In this document: positions 1 to 12,980 of the stretch, one piece after another
Layout of the letters: each line of letters starts with the position of its first letter
Numbering within the stretch: position 1 is the first letter of the stretch
NCBI RefSeq assembly: GCF_006345805.1
Contig: NC_042998.1
Location: 206,708,001-206,772,000, forward strand
DNA: 64,000 nucleotides
DNA from: Octopus sinensis
Lineage: Eukaryota
Reading direction: 5' to 3'
Position numbers and translations under genes: made by a program
Notes under the pieces: model-generated
Seen by the model: only the letters and a program-made list of their open reading frames with translations
What the model was told of the DNA's origin: nothing
The model's database searches: none

Positions 1-352
1 TGTAAATCATTAAATCATAACTATTTCCAAGAATTGTATCGATTCGTTTCTCAAAGTAGAGTTTGACTAGCCAGACAAATATTAACCAAAATGTTTCTTA
101 CTTGGAATAGATGAAGAATTTCTTCTCGAAGAGGATCCAAAGAGCGTGACGTACGTGACACCGCACAGAATAACTCTTTTCACCTGAAAATATTAATTGT
201 TAATTCCACCGAATTTTTCCAGAGCAGAATAAAATGCCTCACGGTGTTTCTTTCCATTGATCTTGAAATTTAAAATAATAATAATAATAATAATAAAATG
301 CAGAGTTTGCTGTGCAGAGAAATGTCTGTGGTGACAATTCTCATTTACCTGA

Positions 353-728
353 AGGCGGCAAATTGGCAGAAACGTTAGCACGGTGTCTTTACGTTCTGGG
401 TTCAAATTCCGCCGAGGTCGACTTTGCCTTTCATCCTTTCGGGGGTCGATTAAATAAGTTCCATTTACGCATTGGGGTCGATATAATCGACTTAATCCCT
501 TTGTCTGTCCTTGTTTGTCCCCTCTGTGTTTAGCCCCTTGTGGGCAATAAAGAAATAAGAAAGGTTAGCACGCCGGGCGAAATGTTTAGCAGTGTTTCGT
601 CTGTCTTTATGTTCTGAGTTCAAATTCCGCCGAGGTCGACTTTGTCTTTCATCCTTTCGGAGTCGATAAATTAAGTACCAGTTGCATACTGATGTCAATC
701 TAATTGACTGGCTCCACTCCCCCAAAAT
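353..728 (+). mobile_element. tRNA-derived SINE family A, two tandem units; the second is interrupted by the 730-974 insert and resumes at ~981-1008
   Basis: Head GGCGGC..TGGCAGAAACGTTAGC, B-box GGTTCAAATTCC, core GAGGTCGACTTTGCCTTTCATCCTTTCGGGGTCGAT; same family at 12565, 29860, 39216, 49096, 58752, 63610. Confidence 0.85.
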
Positions 729-729
729 T

Positions 730-974
730 TGGTACTACTTAAGAACAGCGGTCCCGATGCGCGCACTCGCGCATCCGCGCTAGCTAGTCGTGACTAGTCG
801 ATCCTTACTTCGTGTTTTTGTGTTTTATTTATTTTGTTAAAAAAATTATTTACTTTGTGTAAAAAAATTATTTATTTTGTGTTTTATTTACTTTGCTAGG
901 TAGTCGTTGTAGGAACGACTAGTCACGACTAGCTAGCGCGGATGCGCGACTACGCGAGTGCGCGCACCGGGACC
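730..974. mobile_element. CpG-rich fold-back element (MITE-like) inserted in a SINE
   Basis: ~55-65 bp inverted arms GGTCCCGATGCGCGCACTCGCG...GTGACTAGTCG / CGACTAGTCAC...GCGCACCGGGACC around a T-rich core; CCAAAATT at 722-729 and 973-980. Confidence 0.7.
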
Positions 975-1335
975 AAAATTACGGCTCTTGTGTCAAGAGT
1001 AGAAAAGAATTCTCTTTTATCTGGTGTGACGTGCGTGACAAAAATGGACGTGACGCCTTCAAGACAAATATTTTGTATATATTCCAAAATAGAGTAGATC
1101 TGGAAGAAATTGTCCCAATATTGCTATCTGGTCGAAAATGAACCACTTTAACATACGTTTAAAAGACGGGTTTTGAGAAAAATTCATGATTTGTAAGAGC
1201 TTTACAATGTAAGATACCATAAAATGTGGAAAATGCCGCAAGCCCCAAGAAATTCCATTTAATTGCTGACAGCTCTTCCCAAACTCCCCAAACAATTGAT
1301 GTGTTGATGATTTCCCTATTTACTTTCAATTAATA

Positions 1336-1734
1336 TCTATATATATAAAACTGTAGTTGTGTGAGTGTCTGTCCCCTTCGATTTAGATTCCTAACTACTC
1401 CCACATTTTGCGGTGCAGTTTAACCAAAACCGGGTATCTTATAGTCGTGATTCATATCGAGCCCTTCTGGGTATTAGCGCACGTCTACGATGAGTCTACG
1501 ATTTTAAAAATAATTTAACATCTTTTTTTTCCATTTTAATGCATTTTTCGCTATTATATAAGGGAAGTAACTCTCTAAAAATGTCTACGATGAGTCAACG
1601 ATTTAAAAAATTTTACCATCATTTTTTTCCATTTTTAATGCATGTTTTTGCTATTTTTTTGGCTATAACTTTCTAAAAATGCTTATATAGTTATTTCCCT
1701 TACAAACCCGAGCAACGCCGGGCGATACTGCTAG
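1336..1734 (+). mobile_element. Non-autonomous Helitron
   Basis: 5' TC (A|TCTATATATATAAAA), subterminal hairpin CCCGAGCAACGCCGGG (1707-1722), 3' CTAG followed by T; internal direct repeat starting GTCTACGATGAGTC. Confidence 0.85.
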
Positions 1735-2024
1735 TTTAATATTAAATAAGACCAATGTTGTTCTGTGAGAAAAAGCCGACGCATTTTTGCTAGGTTAAAT
1801 TTTAAAAGTTATTCAAAGCTTGGATTTTTCCTTTTTTTTTTTTGGTTTCAAGTTGTTCCAATTCCATAATCGCATTAAAATCGACATATTGAGTTAGGAT
1901 CAGCAACACGTGGATTCTGCAGCAGAAACATTGCATGGCTTTGTTGGTTTAGGTTTCAAGGAAGAAATTTATGTGGACGTATTTGTCTATACGGAGATGT
2001 AACACGGGTGTTTGTGCATGCAAG

Positions 2025-2503
2025 TATCTATGCATGTACGTACGTACGTATGTATGTATGTATGTACTACATATGTATGTATGTACTACGTACGTATGTA
2101 TATGTACGTATGTATATGTATGTACGTACGTATTTATGTATGTACATACATATGTATATGTATGTATGTATGCACTATTTGTATGGATGTACGTACGTAT
2201 ATATGTGTTTATGTATGTATGTGTGTGTATGTACGTATGTATATGTACGTATGTATGTGTTTGTGTATTTATGTACGTACATATGTATATGTGTGTATGT
2301 ATGTATATGTATGTACGTATGTATATGTATGTATGCACTACGTACGTATGTGTATGTATGTATGTACGTATGTATATGTATGTATGTATGCACTACGTAC
2401 GTATGTGTATGTACGTACGTATGTATGTACGTGCATATGTATGTATTTACGTATGTATATGTATGTATGTGTATGTATATATGCCTCTCTCTCTCTCTCT
2501 CTC
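2025..2503. repeat. Complex (TATG/TACG)n microsatellite followed by (CT)n
   Basis: Visible tandem tetranucleotides; source of the MYVC-type ORFs. Confidence 0.95.
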
Positions 2504-2741
2504 TTACACACACAAACCGACATACACAAACGGTCGGTTGTTCCGAAGTCCCCCCCCCCCAGCAGACTCTAAAGAATCATTTGGGCAGCAATGCTCAGTG
2601 GACGTGTGCCTCTGGGCCAGGAGGTCTGTTGAGTGGCGAAGGTTTCTAAGAGCATAACAGGTGCGAAATCAATGGTAACTTCCTGACTGACCATTCCAGC
2701 ATGGCCATAACCTCTGCGTTGAAACACCATCGCAAAATGTC

Positions 2742-2772
<31 letters not shown>

Positions 2773-2774
<2 letters not shown>

Positions 2775-3046
2775 CAGCTCTTTAACATCCTCACTAAATG
2801 CCTGAGAGACTTACATGGTGTGGATGTGGGTTTCTTTAAAACTAAACTGGATGTCTTCTTGTTGGGAGTCCCAGATGAACCTACCTCACGACAGGAGACA
2901 CGGATGCGGGCAGCAGCATCGAACTCCCTTGTTGATCAAGTGCCACGTATCAGAGGTGGATTCACATATTAGTGTAGCTCATTCAGCGGTGGAGCCCCAG
3001 CATGGCCGCGACCTTCGGGCTAAAACATTTTTAAGGATTTAAGGAT
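2773..3046 (+). mobile_element. CR1-group LINE 3' end (ORF2 C-terminus plus tail)
   Basis: QLFNIL..LRDL....FFKTKLDVFLLGVPDEP...SNSLVDQV, then GGTGGAGCCCCAGCATGGCC and a (TTTAAGGA)2 tail. Confidence 0.7.
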
Positions 3047-3318
3047 ATATATATACAGATACATACATACGTACATACATATACGTACGTACATATAAAC
3101 ACATACATACGTACGTACATACATACATACATACATACATACGTATATACGTACATACATACATACATACATACATACATACACACACACATACATACGT
3201 ACATACATACATACATACATACATACACACACACATACATACGTACATACATACATACGTACATACATACATACATACGTGCAAACATACATACATACAT
3301 ACATACATACATACATAC
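3047..3318. repeat. (CATA/CGTA)n microsatellite
   Basis: Tandem tetranucleotides, reverse-complement type of 2025-2480. Confidence 0.95.
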
Positions 3319-3872
3319 AATGGTAACTTTCTGGCCGGCCAGTCCAGCATGGCCACAACCTTTGCGTTGAAACCCCATCACCAAATGTGTGTGAGTGTGA
3401 GAGCACCAAACGGCGGCGATTCTAAGTTCTGAAGTCCAACGCGGACCCAAATAAACTTTTCCGCCCTTTCATCTCTAACCTGATCTCGTTAAAGTACCTG
3501 TTATGGCCTGCAGACGTAGGTTTAATCGATTTAAACTCTCTTCTACTGCACACGGCTTTTCCACCTGTGTGATCAATCGATATTTATTTCAATTATCCTT
3601 CAACAAACCAAGAAATGGTCTCTCGAGTGAATAACCAGGTTGTTTCCGCTCGACTGGATAACAATTAGAAGAGACCATGAGCTCAACGGACAGAGCATCG
3701 GACAACCGAGGCTTAATGGATGCGTGTGATACGCACGCACACTCATTGCTGATGTACAATGTATGTGGAGATTGTATGTATGAAATGTATATAACCATAT
3801 TTATATATAATGTGCATAACGCATGTATATAATTGTATGTATGTATATGTATCTATAGATATATATGAATAG

Positions 3873-4413
<541 letters not shown>

Positions 4414-4647
4414 GATATTATCGATGTGCACGTAATAAATGTATAAGAAGGCTGTTAGTAGCTTCCATAATGTGTCCGTGAGTGTGTGTGTGTGTGAAGT
4501 ACCAAGATAGATCAAACAAGGGAAGAACAAAGTCAAAGGGTTTGATGCGTTGTTTATTATCTATTCATGAGTATTGACTTTAATGCGAGCAGCTTCTAAA
4601 ACTCTTTACGCAGACTCGCACCTACATAAGCATGTGTGTATATATGC

Positions 4648-4716
<69 letters not shown>

Positions 4717-4816
4717 AAGTTAATCCAAACAAGAAAACACAAAAAAACATAACAACGCGAGGACCTGGAACAAATAAAGTATTATTGGACGCTCAGGAAA
4801 GAAGGGAAGAAGGAGG

Positions 4817-4851
4817 GTTTAACGTTTCGAGCGGAGCTCTTCGTCGGAAAC
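4817..4851 (-). ncRNA. Minimal type-I hammerhead-like motif (U4C variant) in a probable Penelope terminal-repeat fragment (~4716-4923)
   Basis: Minus strand: GTTT-CCGACGA-A-GAGC tcc GCTC-GAAAC-GTT-AAAC; stem I GTTT/AAAC; palindromic ACGT stem III; flanked by (TA)n. Confidence 0.6.
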
Positions 4852-5160
4852 ATAGGAGAAGGAAAGATCCCGAGAAGGGAAGACAGGGGGAAAAAAATCG
4901 CTAGTGATACAGACGAGGTCACATATATATATATATATATACATTCAGAGAGAGCGGAGGGGTTTGATGATGCAAACAGGTAAGACAGAATTCAGAATAT
5001 GGGTCTGTGTGTATTATTTAATTGATATTTAGCAAAAGCAACAGAGAGTTTCATAAGTGCCAACTCACGAAACACTCGGCCCTTGAGTCACTCCGTTTCT
5101 TCTGTTGAATAATAATAATAATAAATATATATTGTGTGTGTAAGAGTATATTTTCGTGTT

Positions 5161-5565
5161 ATTCTTTTCTTTTATTCTTTTACTTGTTTCAGTCATTTGA
5201 CTGGCCATGCTGGAGCACCGCCTTTAATCGAGCAAATCGACCCCGGGACTTATTCTTTATAAGCCTAGTACTTATTCTATCGGTCTCCTTTGCCCGAACT
5301 GCTAAGTTATGGGGACGTAAACACTCTAACATCGGTTGTCAAACGATGGTGATGAGGATAAACACAGACACACAAATGTACACACACACACACACATATA
5401 CGACGGGCTTCTTTCAGTTTCCTTCTATCAAATCCACTCACAAGGCTTTGGTTGGCCCGAGGCTATAGTAGAAGATACTTGCCCAAGGTGCCACACAGTG
5501 GGATTGAACCCGGAACCATGTGGTTGGTAAGCAAGCTACTTACCACACAGCCACACCTGCGCCCA
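5161..5565 (-). mobile_element. tRNA-derived CORE-type SINE family B (OR2-like), followed by a related copy at 5583-5960
   Basis: Minus strand: GGCGCAGGTGTGGCTGTGTGGTAAG head, B-box GGTTCAATCCC, CCTTGGGCAAGT core motif, tail CCAGCATGGCC..GACTGAAACAAGTAAAAGA. Confidence 0.85.
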
Positions 5566-6247
5566 TATATGTCTTTTTTTTTAGAGTTTCAGTCATTAGA
5601 CTGCTGCCATGCTGGGGCACCGCCCTGAAGGGTTTAGTCGAACATATCAACTCCATTACTTATTTTTTAAAGTCTGGTACTTCTATCAGTTTATTTTGTC
5701 AAAACGCTAAGTTACAGAGCATTAAACAAACCAACACTGGTTGCCAAGCAATAGCGGGGGTGCGAATCACACACACACACACAGACATGTATACGACAGG
5801 CTTCCACACAGTTTCCGTTTACCAAATTAATTCACATGGCATTGGTCGGTTGTCGGCCTGTGGCTATAACAAAAGACACTTGCCCCCAAGGTGCCGTGCA
5901 GCAGGACTGAACTCTAAACTCCATGGATGCAAAATGAATCACACAGCTCTGCTTGCACCTGTGTGTCGTGTGTGTGTGTGTGTGTGATTGAAGCCGAAGA
6001 GACCTCACAACTGTTACACAGTGTTCCATGTAACTGCTCATCAGACAGTTGTGAGTATTTGGAATGATACATATTCTGTGCATCTGTGGTTCCGAAACCC
6101 AGGCCACATTCCTAGAGCCTCCACACCCCAACTAACCATCAGAAACATAGACCTCTTTCTGAAACGAATCCAAAGCAATTGTATTTCACAAATAAAACTT
6201 AACCTAATGAACCCCATTATTTTGTTGTTTTTACATGAATTGCTCCC

Positions 6248-6337
6248 CAATTATCGTCCCATTTTTCTTCAACACTCCCTTGGAACTTTCCACTGTCCCC
6301 CAGTGGGGCAATACCGCCCAATTTGGGAACCACTGCT
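6248..6337 (-). mobile_element. hAT-like MITE terminal fragment
   Basis: Minus strand begins CAGTGGTTCCCAAATTGGGCGGTATTGCCCC, typical of hAT-Charlie-like ends; the partner end was not identified. Confidence 0.45.
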
Positions 6338-6838
6338 GTACATAAGCCTTCATGGTTACCAAGACATAGGGTAAGCATTTGAAGCCGATTGGGCAGCTGC
6401 TTTCCAAAATAACAGATGAAAGTGATCGATTGAAACATTTTGAGTGAATTGAATAAAATTTTAAAACCTGGATGGTGAGGAGACGCAATGGTTCAGTGGA
6501 AGCCATTTGGGGGCTGGAAAATAAAGATGCATTTCGTTGGCTGAATGAATAATAACTGAAGCAACTTGCGAATATTTAAACAAATATTTATCGCCAGACG
6601 TAAAGATATTTGGTTTTGGCTATTTAGAACGAACAATATAAATATTTGTTGACTGAGAGAGAGAGAGAGAGACTGCTCTGGAATTATAGAAAGTTATGTA
6701 TGTGATAATATGGAGTCAGTCCAAAAATATACAAAGTCAACTACGCAAACCTCCGTAGTGACAGAGGTCTTTGGCTGTCTATGCTCTATGCTAAGCACCA
6801 AATTGTTTTTATAGGGGACCAGGAACAAAATTCTAGAA

Positions 6839-7150
6839 TCATCATCATCATCATCATCATCGTTTAACGTCCGCTTTCCATGCTAGCATAGGTTGGGCGA
6901 TATGACTGAGGGCTGGCAAACCAGATGGCTGCACCAGGCTCCAATCTGATCTGGTAGAGTTTCTACAGTTAGATGCCCTTCCTAGCGCCAACCACTCTGA
7001 GAGTGTAGTGGTGCTTTTATGTGCCACTGGCACAAGGGCCAGTCAGGCGGTACTGACAATGGCCATGCTCAAATAGTGTTTTTTACGTGCCACCTGCACA
7101 GGTGCCAGTCCAGTGGCACTGGCAACAACCTCGCTCAAATGTTTTTTACC
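6839..7150 (-). mobile_element. RTE-type LINE 3' end with VNTR units (family C)
   Basis: (CAT)n-CGTTTAACGTCCGCTTTCCATGC...GATGCCCTTCCT...GCCAACCACTC plus ~60-nt GGTGCTTTTACGTGCCACC-type units; more than 25 copies in the window. Confidence 0.85.
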
Positions 7151-7689
7151 TTGCTCACGCCAGTCTCACTCTGGTTGGTCGATTAATAGACTGATCACCT
7201 GAAACTATGGTGGTTTGCTCATAGTGTCTGAATGATTATCCAGTGGTTAGGTTTCAAACCACGGCTACTGTGAAAAGTCATTGAAATAGGTATGAAATAC
7301 AAACAGAATATGAAAGACCTTGTCAGAAATAAGGGGCTGCAGATGATTAAAAGACAAGTAAAGTGGTAGTAAGACTTTAAAAATTAGAATAAGGACAAAG
7401 GAGTGTCAGAAAAAATGAAAGTAAAAAAAGGGACACTAAACAGGAGGGAAGGACCCGCTATGAAGGAAATGAGAAAAGAAAAAAGATGACACAAACAAAA
7501 AAAGATATGGAAGAGGCAAAGAGGTTATGTAACTCTATGTATAGGTATGATGTAGAGCAGTGCTATTCCAAGTGGGGGTCCGTGGACCGGTACCGGTCCG
7601 CAAGCCTTTAGCTGCAAGTATGCGGCGAGCTTCAAGAAAAGAAAGAATCATTATAAAATGCTTATAAAATACTTATGTAATACTGTTTT

Positions 7690-8097
7690 ATTCTATTCTT
7701 TTATTTGTTTCAATCATTTGACTGCGGCCATGCTGGAGCACTGCTTTTAGTCGAGCAAATCAACAACCCCAAGACTTATTCTTTGTAAGCGTAGTACTTA
7801 TTCTATCGGTCTCGTTTTGCCGAACCGCTAAGTTATGGAGACATAAACATGCCAGCATCAGTTGTCAAGTGATGGTAGGAGGACAAACATATACACACAT
7901 GCACCCCCCCCCACACACACATATATACATATATACGACGGGCTTCTTTCAGTTTCGGTTTACCAAATCCACTCATAAGGCTTTGGTTGACCCAAGGCTA
8001 TAGTAGAAGACACTTGCCCAAGGTGCCATGCAGTGGGACTTAACCCGGAACCATGAGGTTGGTAAGCAAGTTTCTTACCACACAGCCACTCCTACAC
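7690..8097 (-). mobile_element. SINE family B, inserted in a hAT-like MITE beginning at ~7558
   Basis: Same head, core and tail as 5161-5565. Confidence 0.85.
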
Positions 8098-8285
8098 CTA
8101 TCACAGCAATTTCTGAACCTATTTTTTTACAAAATAAATATACGATAAAAAAAATTGTCAGCTTTTATTATGAGAGATTTAGAAATGTATTATTTCTATT
8201 TTTGAAATCAGTGAATGTATTTTACTAGAATTATTATATGTCTACAAAGGTGGTTAGGCATCGATAGCTTGCAAGCCAGGCTACT

Positions 8286-8322
8286 CCAGACTGATGATGA
8301 GCAATGACTCAGAAACTAGTCT
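8286..8322 (+). ncRNA. Type-I hammerhead core with the stem I 3' strand truncated
   Basis: CTGATGA-TGAG caatga CTCA-GAAAC-TA-GTC; palindromic ACTAGT; runs directly into a SINE B fragment (8319-8450). Confidence 0.7.
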
Positions 8323-8814
8323 ACCAAATCCACTCATAAGATTTTGGTCGGCCCGAGGTTATAGTAGAAGACACTTGGCCAAGATGCCACGTAGTGGGAT
8401 TGAATCCTAACCATGGGGTTGGGAAGCAAGCTACTTACCACACAGCCATACTTTACACGAAGCATCACAATCTTATATTGACTTTCAAGTCATTCTCTGA
8501 TTATCTCCCTTGAAAGCATGCCCAAGGTTTCCACATAAGTTGTTGTTTCCAAAGTTTTATTTTCGTTTCTCTATTATTAATTTTACTCACGTCTCTATCT
8601 TAGTAGAAACTGATGGATAAACAAATCAATCTACATAAACAAACGGAAGCAAAACCATTCAGAAATTAAATAACACTAACATATTCAGTAACAATAATGA
8701 ATTTAATTTATCCTCCATAATTTTTAGTTTTACCAATTTTGAATAAATCACTCCTGTTTAAAACCTCCTACCTATTTGACATTTACATTTCTAGCTCTGC
8801 CTTGGAGGAAGCTT

Positions 8815-8991
8815 TACTTCTTGGACTCACGTTTTTGTGCGCAATAATATTGTTAAACCTCCCTTAACAGCACCGTATGCAGGTCCTTTCTGTTTTTCTT
8901 TCAGGCATGGATAAATTTTTCACTACAGACCTTAATGGCAATTATGAGACTATATCAGTGGATAGACTGAAAAAGGCCTTCATAGAGGAAA
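8815..8991 (+). mobile_element. Gypsy/Ty3 integrase C-terminal fragment (frameshifted)
   Basis: THVFVRNNIVKPPLTAPYAGPF / DKFFTTDLNGNYETISVDRLKKAFIEE, matching the GPY/F domain pattern. Confidence 0.75.
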
Positions 8992-9074
8992 CTGTCCCTG
9001 TTCCCACTGCAAACGACACACATACACAGCATTACAAACACGGCCCGCACACCCACCATCACATTCCATGACTA

Positions 9075-9662
9075 CCATTGGAATCGATCAGGTATCGGAC
9101 AAGGATTCTGGATCATTTTTCCGGTTTCTTTTACTCCATTCTTGAGAGTGGTCCGGTTCATTTTTAGTATTCTTGTTTGTGAGCGCAGTCAAGTTAATTT
9201 CAGATATTCATCATCATCATCATCATCATCATCGTTTAACGTCTGCTTTCCATGCTAGCACGGGTTGGACAGTTCGACCGGGTTCTGGGAAGCCAGGGGC
9301 TGCACCAGGCTCCAGTCTGATCTGGCAGAGTTTCTACAGCTGGATGCCCTTCCTAACGCCAACCACTCCGCGAGTGTAGTAGGTGCTTTTTACGTGCCAC
9401 CTGCACAGGTGCCAGGGGCGGTCTAGCATCGGCCACGATTGGTTGGTGCTTTTAACATGCCACCGGCACGGAAGCCAGCCAAGGCGGCGCTGGCATCAGC
9501 CACATTTGGATGGTGCTTTTTATGTGCCACCGGCACAGAAGCCAGTCGAGGCGGTGCTGGCATCGGCCACGTTCATCATTTTAAAAACATCCTCCCTGGC
9601 TAATCGTTGAGAGGACGTTGGTGTTGCCTTGGCAGAGGTCTGCGCTCATGAGTGCTCTTGTT
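9075..9662 (+). mobile_element. Helentron/HINE-like non-autonomous element interrupted by a family C insertion (9215-9571)
   Basis: 3' end CCTTGGCAGAGGTCTGCGCTCATGAGTGCTCTTGTT (subterminal motif plus hairpin); inner insert flanked by TTCATCAT at 9207-9214 and 9572-9579. Confidence 0.55.
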
Positions 9663-9808
9663 AAATGAATTCATTATTTTTCTCCATCATTCAGATTTCT
9701 ACGTTCTCCTTATTCTTTTCCCATGTATATCAATATATACTCGATATGCTATGACAAACTAAAGAGTTATTTTTAAGAATACTACCAGGTTATTTAAAGC
9801 CAGATATC

Positions 9809-9853
<45 letters not shown>

Positions 9854-10027
9854 GAATGTATAAAATATTTTTATACACAGAGAGAAGACTCTTGACAGGG
9901 CTCCTTACATGCTAAAAAGGACAGTTAAAACCCAAACCATGTTATATCTTATGACTTTAATTTATGCATGCTAACCACTGGTAATAAATTATGTTAATTT
10001 ATTGCCCTCATATTTACAATAATATAC

Positions 10028-10083
<56 letters not shown>

Positions 10084-10170
10084 ATGTATGTCCAACCCAT
10101 GCCAGCATGGCCATGGACTTTAAACGATGATGATGATATATATATGTATTTATATATATATATATATATA

Positions 10171-10800
10171 CTAGCAGCTAAGCCCGGTTTCACCCGGTCG
10201 GTTTTGTATGATGTGGCTGTAAAACCTGCTCTGTGTAAGCATTCGACTTGTTTGGGCACGCTTACGTTAAAAAAACAATTTTAGAATGACTTTTTTCTGT
10301 CAAAACGCTAAAAATAACTAACCAACAAAAAAGAAAACCAACCAAGATTAAACCAAATCAAAAACTAAACCAAAATACTAAGCAAACAAAGAGGAACCAT
10401 CCCACTTCCATTGCGTGGGCACACACATTCACATACACATACAGACATTTACATACCCCCTTTTACATACACACGCATATATTCACACAGAGTTGAAACG
10501 TTGTTTGATTTATTTTTTCAGCATACAATTTCCATCATCCCACTACCAAGTATGACATCACTCCTTCCTTCCTTATTTATCTATCACCCCTTCCTTTCTC
10601 ATTCATAAACACATGAGTATTATTTTAGTAGATTATCTCGGTAACCATGGGAGATATGAAAAAAAATACAAAATCCAGGATCACCACCGGATCATTCTAC
10701 ACATCTGTGTAATTTTTTGCACAATTCCACCCAGCCATTTGACCATGAATCCCAAGACAAGAAAGAATCACCCATGTCAAATTTATATGTGTATATATAT
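10171..10800 (-). mobile_element. Non-autonomous Helitron
   Basis: Minus strand ends CCGGGTGAAACCGGG hairpin ...GCTGCTAG|T; the 5' end merges into (TA)n. Confidence 0.65.
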
Positions 10801-10938
10801 ATATATATATATGTATGTATAATATAAATTAGAGATAAAACCACTATTATGCACTCAAACTGTGAAATTTGATTTAATACTAAATTGAATTTTTCCCTGT
10901 AAGTTTGGAGTTATACTCCCTAATATTATTATTATTAT

Positions 10939-11335
<397 letters not shown>

Positions 11336-12564
11336 AAAATTCCTTTTTATATACATATAGCGGCGTATGTATACTTTGGTCTCCTGTATATATATATGAC
11401 TAACTGGCCCCGTGGATATTCCTCAGTCTAATTAAAATCTTCTGCTGTAATTTCCTGTTACAGTTTACTATTCTAATATCAAATATCAACTTTTGAAGTT
11501 TCAGTGTTTGACAGAGCAATATTATGATTTTTTTCATATAAAAATATGCTTTATCAACGCTTGTGTAGCGCCCTCTGGGGAGCTGTGAATGCAAAAGGAA
11601 GTAATCTTTTCCACAATCAGATGGGGTTAAAAATTTGAATTTGAAATCAGAGAATATGAAATGATATGAAAATTTCACATACACAGATGTGTAATTAAAA
11701 TTCATTTTTTGATTACCTACGGTGAAGTTCTCACAATTTCTTCTTTATGGTAATTATGTATATGAGTATTTTATCCTTTTTAAGAATCATCTGAGTGATC
11801 TGACCAGAAAATTTCTTAATTAGATATATTAGAAGTGAGACATTATAGTATAATTAAAGATGAAATTAATTACAGACTGGAAAATGTTCAGAGACTGTTT
11901 CCATTGATTTTTCTGTATCATCGTTGCGGGTTTAAGAACATATTCACTTTGTTTATATACAGAGTATATGAAAGTGATTTAGTACAGTTAATAGTCATAC
12001 CATGAAGTAGAAACGGTTTCACAAGCCTTCCTTCATTGGGATTGGTTAGGTGCAGAAATCTTTCTGGCCAGTGACGGCTCGTAGATGAAATTAGTGGATG
12101 TGCAGCTTCAGAAAATTTTTAGAATTTCTTTTAATATTGTGTAAAAGGAAACAAAACTTGATTGGTTCGTGTTTTAGCCACTGAACACCACCACAAATTC
12201 CTCCTTGTTTTTCAAAAATCCCCACTAAATGACAAAATAAGTTGGGGTGAAATGTGCCCTATTTTTCAAATCCTGACAGCAACACTGAAGCTGGAAGCAG
12301 GATAATAATCTAATTCTATACTTTATCACATTCAAGAATATAAACACGTTTTTTAAGCACAACACACACAGAGTCAAAAAGAAACACTACATTTCATCAG
12401 TACTGTGTGAACGACAGTGCTCTCTCTCCCTAGTGTGAAGCTTCCTATCTCAGACATGTGAACACTGCGTCGCTAGAACTGTGAAGGGCACAGTTCTATA
12501 CAAGGATTTTTGTATTTTTTCATAAACTAGGGGACAGCTACTGACATTAAGCTTAAGGATTATA

Positions 12565-12980
12565 AGGCAACGAGCTGGCAGAATTGTTAGCAAGTCGGGC
12601 GAAATGCTTAGTGGTATTTCGTCTGCCACTACGTTCTGAGTTCAAATTCCGCTGAGGTCGACTTTGCCTTTCATCCTTTCGGGGTCAATTAAATAAGTAC
12701 CAGTTACGCACTGAGGTTGATATACTCGACTTAATCCGTTTGTCTGTCCTTGTTTGTCCTTTCTGTGTTTAGCCCCTTGTGGGTAGTAAAGAAATGGGTA
12801 TTTCGTCTGCCGCTAAGTTCTGAGTTCAAATTCCGCCGAGGTCGACTTTGCCTTTCATCCTTTAGGGGTCAATTAAATAAGTACCAGTTACACACTGAGG
12901 TCGATATACTCGACTTAATCCGTTTGTCTGTCCTTGTTTGTCCCCTCTGAGTTTAGCCCCTTGTGGGTAGTAAAGAATTT
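12565..12980 (+). mobile_element. SINE family A dimer with a 19-bp TSD
   Basis: Two tandem units flanked by ATTAAGCTTAAGGA(T/C)TATA at 12546-12564 and 12981-12999. Confidence 0.9.

Noticed and set aside
1949-2657. MYVC/YIYI-type ORFs here and throughout the window
   Set aside because: Translations of di- and tetranucleotide microsatellites
3677-3766. ATG-initiated MSSTDRASDNRG... followed by GTATGT
   Set aside because: No homology recognised; the donor-like sequence merges into a TATG microsatellite
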